Part shown: piece after piece, positions 50,799 to 61,795 of the stretch
Position numbering within the stretch: the stretch's first letter is position 1
Layout: each line of letters begins with the position of its first letter
Assembly: GCF_032444005.1 (NCBI RefSeq)
Contig: NC_091285.1
Span: 38,378,001 to 38,442,000 of the forward strand
Reading direction: 5' to 3'
DNA length: 64,000 nt
Origin: Ranitomeya imitator
Lineage: Eukaryota
Notes under the pieces: generated by a model
The model's input: only the letters and a program-made list of their open reading frames with translations
What the model was told of the DNA's origin: nothing
Database searches by the model: none
Made by a program: the position numbers and the translations under genes

Positions 50799-52060
50799 GG
50801 GCTCATTTCCACTTGCGAGAAAAAAAAACGGTCCGATTTACGGCCCGAAAAAACGGAGGAAAATCATGTGAGTGTCATGCGATTGATTTTTTTTTTTTTA
50901 TCGCGACATACGTATTACTGTCCGATTTTTACGCACTGGTGTCCTTTGAGAAGCCGGTAATTCAGCGTGCTGTACAGTAAAATCACACTGACAGGTTAGA
51001 ATAGAGTAGATATATACGCATAGAATAGGTATATATACATATGTCAGACACCTATATATTTATATTTAATACAGCGCGAGAGCTTAAAAGCCGGTAATTC
51101 AATTGCCGGCTTTTGCTGTCTCCTTCACAAACCCGACAGGATATGAGACATGGTTTACATACAGTAAACCATTTCATATCCCTTATTTTATTACATATTC
51201 CTCACTACTAATGTAAGAAGTGTCTGTGTGTAAAATTTGAGGGCTCTAGCTGTTAAAATAAAGGGTTATATCACAGAAAAAAACATCTGCCCCCAGCCAC
51301 CCCAGAAAGGGCACATCTGTAAGATGCGCCTATTCTGGTACTTGGCCACTCTCTTCCCACTCCTCCTGTAGCTGTGGGATATGGGGTAATGAAGGGTTAA
51401 TGTCACCTTGCTATTGTAAGGTGACATTAAGCCAGGTTAATAATGGAGAGGCGTCAATAAGACACCTATCCATTATTAATCCAATACTACTAAATGGTTA
51501 ATAAAACACACACACATTGAGAATAAAGTATTTTATTGAAATCAAGACACAGTGTTGTAATAGTTTATTATACTCTTAATCCAATTGAAGACCCTTGTCA
51601 CCTGAAACATAGTTAAAATAAAAAATCAACAATATCCCATACCTTCCGTCGTTCAGTCATGTCCCACACTGTAAATCCATCTGAAGGGGTTAAATAATTT
51701 TACAGCCAGGAGCCTGCTAATGCAGCTGTGCTCCAGACTGTAAAAAGTGGGGAATGAATGGAAGCAGGGGAACGTAGCTATCTAGACTTGCGGTGCTGCG
51801 CCCCCTGCTAGCATAACCTCATATAAACTCTAGCGTGAGAAAATATTCCGAAAAATTCCCACCCCAGGAATGAAGGAGATGGAGAAATTCATTTCTCCTC
51901 CTCCTCTGCAGCTGTGCTCCGATCCTCCCTGTGCAAGAGAATCGGAGTACAGACGCATGGCACTCGGCTCCTGCTCTGCTGCGAGCAGGAGCCGAGTGTC
52001 ATTAGCATATCGCATCCGATGATCTCGCATCGGATGCAATACGCCAGTGTGACGCCGGCC
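50799..52060 (-). mobile_element. Harbinger non-autonomous element (long palindromic family) inserted in a 79-bp repeat array
   Basis: TAA TSDs (50796-50798, 52061-52063) and right TIR CCAGTGTGACGCCGGCC. The interior is the reverse complement of the right half of 52695-54496. Confidence 0.8.
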
Positions 52061-52063
52061 TAA

Positions 52064-52620
52064 AACTGTGACACACAGATGAGGCTGTCAAGTTCAGGTC
52101 AAGAGACCTTTTGGACAGTGAGTACATTGCGGTCTCTGCTCGGACCATGACACACAGATGAGGCTGTCAAGTTAAGGTCAGGTCACCCTTCGGACAGTTC
52201 TTACATTGTGATCTCTGTTTGGACCATGACACATGGATGAGGCTGTCAAGTTTAGGTCAGGAGACCCTTTGGAAAGTGAATATATTGTGGTCTCTGCTTG
52301 GACCATGACACACGGAGGAGGTTGTCAAGTTTAGGTCAGGACACCCTTTGGACAGTGAGTACATTGTGGTCTCTGCTCAGACCATGACACATGGATGAGA
52401 CCGTAATATCAGTTGGGGGTTCTCAAGATTTAACAGACTACTGATATGGAGCGCATGTGCCCTTCACTGCCTCCAATGAGGATGCCAAGTTTAGGTCAGG
52501 AGACCCATGGGCAATCTGTACATTGCTGTCCGTTCTTGGACACACGAATGAGGTGTGTCAAGTTTGGGTCAGTCCGTCAATCATGGTCCGTGATCGGACA
52601 ATGACACACAGATATGTAAA
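52064..52620. repeat. 79-bp minisatellite
   Basis: ATGAGGCTGTCAAG-like motif at 52079, 52158, 52237 and 52316, then degenerate copies. Related units also lie at about 50700-50790, left of the Harbinger insertion. Confidence 0.85.
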
Positions 52621-52694
52621 TGTGGCGGTACTCTCTCAGAATGCAAATAACAGAAAACAAATGTATTCAAGGAGGTGTCGATCCGACAGGCTCA

Positions 52695-54072
52695 GGCCGG
52701 CCTCACACTCAGCGTATAAAAATATGGTCCGTTATTTACGGCTGTAATACGCAGAAAAGTCCCCAAATAGTGATCCGTATGTCATCCGTAGGCAGGGTGT
52801 GTCAGCATATTTTGCGCATGGCATCCTCCATATGTAATCCGTATGGCATCATGTACTGCGTGCGAGATTTTCTCGCAGGCTTGCAACACCGACATACAAT
52901 GGATCCATGGGCTCAAATAATCGTAAAAACATATATACTGTCTATATATATATCCATCTGAAAGGGTTAACTAATTTTACAAGCAGAAGCCTGCTAATGC
53001 AGCCGTCCCTGCCTGTAAAAACCCGGCGAATGAATGGAATGTAGGAGAATGACCTGTAGTTACCTCGAGTTGCGGTGATGCGTCCTCTGCTGGATGTCCT
53101 CATATGAACTCGAACCTGGGAACTTTTCAGAATATTTTCCCAGGCTCGAGTTCATATGAGGACATCCAGAAGAGGGCTCATCACCGCAATTCGAGGTAAC
53201 TACAGGTCATTCACCTACATTCTATTCATTCGCCGGGTTTTTGCAGGCAGGGACGGCTGCATTAGCAGGCTTCTGCTTGTAAAATTAGTTAACCCTTTCA
53301 GATGGATTTACAGCGTGGGACAAGACTGATCGTCGGAAGGTAGGGAATATTGTTGTTTGTTTTTTTTTTTACATTTGTTCCAGGTGACAAGGGTCTTCAG
53401 GTGGATTACCAGTATAATAAAATATTACAACAACCTGTGTATTTATTTCATTAAAATACTTTGTAATAATGTGTGTGTGTTTTTTAACCATTTCATACTA
53501 TTGGATTAATAATGGATAGGTGTCATAATTGACGCCTCTCCATTATTAATCTGGCTTATTAATCTGGCTTAATGTCACCTTACAATAGCAAGGTGACATT
53601 AACCCTTCATTATCCCATATCCCACACGGCAATGGGAAGAGAGTGGCCAAGTGCCAGAATAGGCGCATCTTCCAGATGTGCCTTTTCTGGGGTGGCTGGG
53701 AAGGGGGGGGAAAAGGGGAGGGCAATAACCATGGATCCTCTCCAGGCTCTTAATATCTGCGCTCAGTCACTGTCTTTACCATTCTGGCGGAGAAAATTGC
53801 GCGGGAGCCCACGCCAATTTTTTCCGCGATTTAACCCTTTAATTTAATAGCTAGAGCGACCAAATTTTGCACATACACACTACTAACATTAGTAGTGTGG
53901 AATATGAAAAAAAAAGGGATATGAGATGGTTTACTGTATGTAACCATGTCTCATATCATGTCGGGTTTGTGAAGGAGATAGGAAAAGCCGGCAATTGAAT
54001 TACCGGCTTTTAAGCTATCTAGCGCTGTATGAAATATTAATATATATACATATATGTGTCTCACTGATATAT

Positions 54073-54125
<53 letters not shown>

Positions 54126-54496
54126 CCTACACTATATGTAGACATTTATTTTATCTGTTCTATTCTAACCCGTCAGTGTGATTTTACTGTACACCGCACT
54201 GAATTACCGGCTTTTCTCTCTAACACCGCTGCGTATATTTCTCTCAAGTCACACTGCTGGTCCGTGTGTAATCCGTATTTTTCTCGCCCCCATAGACTTT
54301 CATTGGCTTATTTTTTGCGCAATACGGTGACAAACGCAGCATGCTGCGATTTTCTATGGCCGTAGAAGACCGTATAATACGGATCAGTAAAATACGGCTG
54401 ATAGGAGCTGGGGCATAGAGAAGCATTGTACCGTATGCAATCCGTATTTTCTGCACCTCTCATACGTCCATAACACTCGCCAGTGTGAGGCCGGCC
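52695..54496 (+). mobile_element. Complete 1.8-kb Harbinger non-autonomous element with about 170-bp internal hairpin arms
   Basis: TIRs GGCCGGCCTCACACT and AGTGTGAGGCCGGCC with TCA TSD (52692-52694, 54497-54499). Inverted arms about 52960-53130 and 53140-53305. Ends 183 bp upstream of the ZP4-C TATA. Confidence 0.88.
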
Positions 54497-54624
54497 TCAG
54501 AATTTCAAATGCTGTTGCAAAAAAAAATGCTGTCTATAATGAGGGAGTGAGAACAGCATCCTGATCCTTCCCACCACTTACACCATCATTGGACACATAT
54601 TGGATTTGCATAGCCTACTGGGCA

Positions 54625-54685
54625 CAGGTGTCCACATTAGTAGCTGACCAATCACGTGTTCCTTCCCCCGCTCCATGATATAAAT
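54625..54685 (+). promoter_or_regulatory. ZP4-C proximal promoter
   Basis: E-box CAGGTG (54625), CCAAT (54648) abutting E-box CACGTG (54653), TATAAAT (54679-54685). Confidence 0.65.
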
Positions 54686-54728
54686 GCTTGGTCTTGGGTG
54701 TAGGTTAGTAATCAACATCACAGAGAAG

Positions 54729-57700
54729 ATGGGGTGTCGGATGGCAGGGGTGGGCATTGTGCTGGTGTTCTGGATATGGTGTGTTTGCTGTAGTGATGCA
54801 AAGAATTTATGGGATTCCTCTTCACATCTCCATTGTGGTGTTGAAAGCATGGAGTTGTCCTTCCCTCTATTGATTGAGGATATTGCATTTTCATTGACTG
54901 TTCTAGGTAAGTCTAAGTGAGTTTTCGGCGTGCATTTGATTCTCTTATTAGGTTTTGCTTTTTTTTTATCTAAAGTAGAGGTGCTGATGTAAAGTTATGG
55001 GGAAAATTGTGTGTTTATGACTTGGGTTTTAAAACTTTGTTTTTTTGGAGGGGGAACTGGCCTCAGCTAGTTGTGAGGTTTTTATTTACCAATCCTTTTT
55101 ATCTTTTTTGCACCAAATGTGTCTTTACGTTGTGCTCACGCTAAGGCTATGTGCACACGTTCAGGATTTCTCGCAGAGAATTCCTGAGAAAAACCTGACA
55201 TTTTCTGCAAGAAATCCGCATGCGTTTTTTTTTTTTTTTTTCCTTTCTCCCCCCCCCCCCCCCCACGGACATTTCCCAATGTATTTTGTAGTGGGGAATC
55301 CGCAACACTAATGAACATGCTGTGTTTTTTACCGCGATGCGTTTTTTTTCTCACGGGAAAAAAATGCATCATGTGCACAAAACATGTGGAATTCATTCTA
55401 AGTGATGGGATGCTTACTGTATGTGGTTTTTATCGGGGGGGGGGGGGGGGCGAGGGAAACAGCAACGTGTGCACACAGCCTAAGTATTTGGAGCAGAAAC
55501 TTCAACTCTGTACTCGTTTGGTTTTTGGAAAGTTCTCACTCTGAAAACTGACCACTCCCTTAGGGTAACTGCTTTAAAAGCTGTGTGGGGTTTTATATAA
55601 ATTTTTTTTTTTTTTTTTCCCCCCCACCCTTCCTTTTTCTGCAAACTCGATTTTGGTGCACAGGGGCCAGGCTGTGCACTGGGTCTTCTCCTCCTCCATG
55701 ACTGCTCTTCCACAGCCCCTCTGTCTGTACAACTATTGTACTACTTTTTACTGCCCTGCCTCAAAGACTAAGGCAGGGAGCAGACCCGATACACTGAAAT
55801 ATGTAAGTGGTAAAAAAAAATCCAAATAAAATCTGAAATTGTAATTAAGCATCCAAGTGGATTTCTTCCCTAAAGCCGTGTCTTTACACTATATTCATGC
55901 TGGCGACTTCCTTTTTGGAAGGGGCATCCCCACAGTAGCTCTGGAGGAGAAGGCAAAAACTCAGTATCTGCCCTGTAGAACAGATGGGCAAAGTGAAGAA
56001 ACTGCTAGTCGGTGGAGCAGCAGCAACTTGGGAAGACGCCCAGTGATGGGTTGTCTGACTCTGATCAGTGCTCGTATAAACTTTTTTTTTTTTTTTTTTT
56101 TTATGCAGTTCACAAATGGGGACTAAAGTTAAGATTCCTATATGCTATTGTATATGAAGACACAAAAGCGCACGGAGGTAAAAAAAAAATACACTGTTGT
56201 GAAAAAATAACAGTAAATAAGCAAGTGCTAGTCAAAAAAATAAAATACAGGGTATTTAGTTAATACGTTTTTTTGCAAAAAATTATTAACTAAATACACT
56301 TTTTTTTTTTTTCATTTTTTTTGACTAGCACTTGCTTATTTACTGTTACTTTTTTACAACAGTTTTTTTTTTTTTTTTTTTTTTCTTTAACCTCTGTGCG
56401 CTTTTGTCTTCAAGTTCTTTGGTGTGAACAGGTTTCTACAGACTTGTTCACTGTGCAAGTAGCCCATGTGTTTTTGGTTTTATGCTATTGTGTATATGTA
56501 TAATCAATCAGCAAGAACTGCTTCTTTCTCCACTTATGAGCCGCTTCATACTCTCCCACCGGGAAAAAAAAAGCTTAATTTTATCTTGCTCAGGACTAGC
56601 GTACCAGTTCACTATTGTATTAAACTTTATGGTGGTAGGAACCGTGTACCATATGTAAGAGTTTTGTGAAGCAGGGAATATGTGCAGGCTCAAGCTAGCA
56701 TATCCCAGAGCTGGACTCGCATCTACACTGCATAACTTAATGCATGACTGTTAGTATACAGATGATAAGCAAAGTGAGAGCAGGAATCCTTCATTCTGTG
56801 TCTATGGAAGACATCATGATGTATAGTTACTACTTGTTTCTACTTGTGTTGCAGGGTGTGAACTTTCTCTAAATCCTTGCTTGGTAACAAATTCTGAACT
56901 TCTTTTAAATTGTCTTAGACTTTCAGGGAGAGCCTCATGTCCTTGGCAATAACTCGGCTTGTGGGTTCTGGATAAGCAAGAAACTAAATGGCATAATGCT
57001 GGTTAGTGCTGCTTATGACGGATGCTACATGATTGAGGAGGTAAGAACTGGATGGAGAACTGACAACAAAAAACTATTATATTGAAATGACTAATTTCAG
57101 TGCTCCCATAACTGTTTTTTCACATGGTTGATGTAGGTGAACCCAAAGGCCCCTCTGCCACATAAGACACCATAAATGAGTGGGTTACCAGATTTTGCTT
57201 TGGTTTTCACCCCCATGTCCCATAACTGTTGGCTTGCAGGGCAACTCCTTAAGACTTTTGGGTGTGGTGAAAAGAAGGAAAAAACAAACTGGTGCTCCTG
57301 AAGCTCTTAACTAAAATTATTAATCTGTTATGCTGTGCACACCCAGGAAAACTGGTCAGCGCAAAATAAGTAGCCACTTGTCTCCATCTATTAGTTTTCT
57401 GGGAGTTTGGAAGTTGCTATAATGCTTCTGCAGACAAGTCTAACAACTGATCAGGGATCTAATCTGCTGTCAATATATCTTGGCAGGACAAAGAATATGT
57501 GATGACTCTAATCTTGGAAGAGATCGTAAATGGACAAGTTGAGCAATATAAGGTGGAAAAGAGATGTCCTGTTATAGCAGGTAAACCACTCTAAAAAATT
57601 CTTCTTTTTTTACATACGTTCACTTTTGTTGCACATTTTACTCCACTCATTAGTATGGATGAGTTCTGAAGCAGAAACACCTGAAACTGTGCTACAGATT

Positions 57701-60539
57701 TAAATCTGCAAGCTAAAAAACAAAACAAAAAAAATTCAGGACTCTCATTCATTTTTCTGGTACTAAACGATCCTTCAGGTTTACTGACAAAACTATACAA
57801 TGTGTGCAGACTCTGAGGGTATGTGTCCACCTTCAGGATGGCCGGCGGTTTAGTCGGAGCGGCAAACGTGCTCCGCCCCCTTCTGGGACACGATTATGCC
57901 AGATGTGTTCATAGTACACATCCGGGATCATCGCACCCAACACATAGGGCCCTGTGTTATACCTTGCGTATACGGACATGCTGCGATCTTAAAAGACGCG
58001 CCGCATGTCCGGAGACGCAGGGACGCCGTGTGCGTGTTACCACGCATAGTGGAGACGGGACTTCATTCAATCCCCTCCACTATGCTGTAACATCTGGACT
58101 CTGCGTGTTTGGCGAAGCGTCAAGCACGCAGCGTTTACTACATGTGGGGTACTTGCCTATCTTCCATGAGGGGTATTTCCTCTACCTAAACTAGATCTGG
58201 TGTTCTACGCCTCAAGTCCAAAAGGACAGCCCTTTCTAAGGTAACCTCCTTGGTACCGGGTTACACTTATTTCTCTCTTCCATCCTAGTTATGGATGCTC
58301 CAAGCGCAAGTGAATGTTCAGCAGTGAGTCAAGCAGACAAGCTTTCTTGTGTGAAGGCCCCAGTGTCTCGAGAAGTTTGCGAGGAAGTTGGGTGCTGTTT
58401 CTCAAATGACTTTACAGTTCCATGTTACTATGGAAAGAAATGTAAGTACGGTATCTCGACCACAAAAATCCTGTTGACAAATTTTACTGTTTTATTCTAA
58501 CATTATGGAGGAATGACACTCAGGCTTTCCTGACCATTCAATAGAGGATGGTATAACTTGCCTTCCTTCGGTTGTCATGATGTTTCATGACTTTCTTGCA
58601 GTGACCACACAGTGCACAAGTGACAATCTCATGACAGTTGCTGTTTCCAAAGATCTTACAAAGCCATCACTGAACTTGTCTTCAGTCCATGTGGTTGGTT
58701 TGGACTCTTCGTCTTGCGCTCGTCTGTCAGTGTCCATGAGTGCATCATTTGCCGTTTTCCAGTTCCCTTTATCCTGTGTTGGATTTCATCAGGTAAGGAC
58801 AAGTAGATGGGAAGGTGCACACAAATATTTGGCCACACCAAGGGTGCACCAAGTGCCTGGACACTCCTTTTAAAGGATACTGAGACCAGATTTGTTTTGC
58901 TATCTTGAGTAGGGGAATGTATAGAAGTGTTAAACATAAGTCTAGACGTTGGGTGCCTTAAGGTAATATGGCTGTGCTGCAATGTCTCAACCTGTAGACA
59001 AGTGCTGCAGCAATGGTAAGAGCAGTCAGCCATGTATCTACAAATCTTCACAAATTATTTGGCTGACCCTATAACATTTCCTATAGGCCTCAGATATAAA
59101 TTACTTCACAGCATCAAACTAGACCCGGTATGATGTAACTACTAAATATCTAATGTAGGTAGTTGAAGGACCGCTGGTCTATGAGAGCACTATTGAAGCT
59201 GTAAGAAATACCATCTCCTGGCAAGGATCCACAATTACAAGGGACAGCACGATGCGGTAAGGAGTCAAACTTGTCAGACTAAACTTGATTTCTGTCCTGA
59301 TTTATAACAATGTTGTCATATTTCCAGGGTGACTGTACGATGCAGCTATTTCCAAACTGACCTTATTCCTTTGCAAGTTGGAGTATCCACTCTACCACCA
59401 CCACTTCCCGTTACTACCTCGGGGCCACTGTTAATGGAGATGAGGATTGCACAAGGTGACTTCATGGAATGACTTCAAATTGCAAAAAAAAAATGGCTAA
59501 ACCTAGTTTCTTAAAATATCTCTGTTCTATTCGCAGATATGTCCTACTCCTCTTACTTCCTGGAGGAGCATTACCCTGTGGTTAAAGTACTCAGAGATCC
59601 AGTCTACTTGGAAGTCCGCCTCTTGCATAGAACCGATCCCAATCTTGTCCTAGTGTTAAACGACTGCTGGGCCACTAACTCTGCAGACTCCACGCTCCTT
59701 CCTCAATGGCCTATCCTATTGAATAGGTGGCTGATCAGTTACAAATTAAATGCCCACTATGGGTTTATGCATCTGACTAACGTAAGTCTACTTACAGATG
59801 CCCCTTCGATGGTGACAACTACATTTCCCAGAGTGTACCTGTTGGAGGTCCTACGCAAAGCCTGCCTTTCCCAAATCACTATAAACGTTTTGTAGTGAAG
59901 ACCTTTACATTTGTGGATCAAGGGGCCCAAACTGCTCTTGAAGGATTGGTAAATATACTTCAAATTCATCACTTTTCTATGCAAAACCTGATCTTGTATT
60001 GGCCATCAAGCTCTGTTATCTCCACTCCAGATCTACTTCCACTGTAGTGCTTCTGTCTGTGTCCCATCTGCCATGGACAACTGTGTGACTTCATGTTCCT
60101 CAAGAAAGAGTAAGCTTGCTTCATCTAAACATAAGCTCTTGCCACCTTGTAACGTCGTCTTCTACACTAAATGTACATAGAAATAATGCTGAGACTTCTT
60201 TTCTAGGACGTATGGCTGAAGATGTTGAACCAGAACCTTTAGCAAACGTGGTGACTTCAGATGGACCAGTTGAGTTCCTCCCAATTGAGACTGAGGCCTT
60301 AAATCTAAAAGGTAATTGTACAATGTATGGGTTGATCATGAGAATCTTGTGATTAAATACCGGTAAATATAATTATTTTTTTGTTCTCCTCTTCAGGTCA
60401 CACTTACTCTAAATATTCAAAGTTGGATGTTGTCCGAGCTGTTACTGTTGGAGGAGTAGTTATGTCAGTGTTTGTGGTGTTTTTAGGTGTTTGGTTTCAT
60501 TGTAGGACACAAAGTAAGAAACACGAACTAAATGCTTAA
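54729..60539 (+). CDS. zp4: Zona pellucida glycoprotein 4 (ZPB)-like, copy C; 12 exons, 543 aa
   Basis: Exons 54729-54906, 56919-57040, 57487-57580, 58289-58441, 58602-58792, 59159-59256, 59328-59455, 59537-59726, 59798-59948, 60031-60109, 60207-60311, 60397-60539. All are GT-AG with the same phases, totalling 1632 nt with no stops. Trefoil, ZP module, furin RKRR, EHP VTSDGPVEF and TM are all present. Confidence 0.92.
55145..55480. mobile_element. Harbinger MITE in ZP4-C intron 1
   Basis: TIRs GGCTATGTGCACACGTT and AACGTGTGCACACAGCC with TAA TSD on both sides. Confidence 0.82.
56156..56411. repeat. AT-rich fold-back (about 255 bp), probably a MITE core, in ZP4-C intron 1
   Basis: GAAGACACAAAAGCGCAC...AACAGTAAATAAGCAAGTGCTAGTCAAAAAA is mirrored by TTTTTTGACTAGCACTTGCTTATTTACTGTT...GTGCGCTTTTGTCTTC. 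Confidence 0.8.
57817..58157. mobile_element. Degenerate Harbinger-type MITE in ZP4-C intron 3
   Basis: Left TIR GGGTATGTGTCCAC resembles the 20452 family. The right end is degraded. Confidence 0.5.
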
Positions 60540-61438
60540 ATACATTTTTCAAAAACTTTGGACTTGGCAGCAATTTTCTTTTCTTCATGGCAATGGCCAT
60601 CTCTGTGGGATAAAACGGTGTACTAAAGTGCATAGGTAGTAACTACCTTCTTGCATATGGTTGAGAGGTTTTCTGTATAACGGGAATTGATTGCAACCCA
60701 AATTCATTTCTAACATGTGCCAACTAGCTACTGAAATGGATAAAGCGCTCTAAATCCCAATTTGGGACGATACTTCTCGCTCAAATGGAATTTAAACCAG
60801 TTTTGTTTAACATTGTCTATGACAAATGCCATTCAGCAGCCTCAAAACACCTGACTTGTTAATTGATGGCCTTCTTTATTTTTTTGAGACCCTGAACGGC
60901 CACTGCCTGATCAAACTTCCCTGACTTACTACTCCTTCACATGTGTAAAAGGGAAAAATCCTTTAAGATCTCAAGAGGTGTTAAGCATCTCATTAAGAAG
61001 AGCAACAAATTGGTGCAGGTAAACATTAGAGTCTGCACATGGAGATTTGAGTGGGTAGGTAACCTTAATTTAGCTATTCATGACGATGTCCAATATACGG
61101 TACTCATGTATGGGCTTTGCCGTCTGGTCACTGGCCAGAAACTTCGCTATCTAGACCCCCCCCCCCCCCCCCCCACACACTTTAATTATAGAGGCACTAG
61201 AAATCCTAAGTCAGTATTTTTATATAGTGGCACAAAGGCTCCTCTTGAGTTTACTTGCATACTTTATGTTCACATGTCCTGACCACGTGCTATGGCACCT
61301 CTTGCACAATAAAACTAGACTTGTCCATTAGTTGCTCTAAACCAGGGCTGTCAAATACAAAGGGGCAATATTAAAAGCCTGGATGAAGCCATGGGCAAAC
61401 TTGATATTAAGCCTACAAATGAAGGTTCTTTCCTTTTC

Positions 61439-61793
61439 GGCTTTGTGCACACGGTCAAGATTTTTCGGCCATCTTCCATGGGGAAAAACGCTTAAAAAAA
61501 AAAAAAACAAAAAAAACAAATACATAAGCATCCCATTTTTAATGCATTCTGCAATTTTTGTGCACATGATGCATTTTTTTTCTGCAAAAAACGCATCATG
61601 GTAAACGCAGCATGTTCATTAATTTTGCAGATTATTATTTTTTCCCCCCCGCTATCTAATGCATCGGAAAGCCTTGGGGGGGGGGGGGGGGGTTGAGGAA
61701 ATGCACAAACACAAAAAAAATGCAGATTTCCTGCACAAAGTCTGGTTTTGTTCAGGAAAATTCTGCAGAAAATCCTGATCTGTTAACATACCC
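61439..61793. mobile_element. Harbinger MITE whose right end was hit by an LTR insertion
   Basis: GGCTTTGTGCACACGGTCAAGATTT and AAATCCTGATCTGTTAACATACCC. Its TAA flank is displaced to 62784-62786. Confidence 0.65.
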
Positions 61794-61795
61794 TA

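Noticed and set aside
19562-60539. Assignment of any copy to ZP1
   Set aside because: No extra cross-linking Cys in ZP-N1 and no Pro/Gln-rich linker before the trefoil. The size and 12-exon layout fit ZP4.
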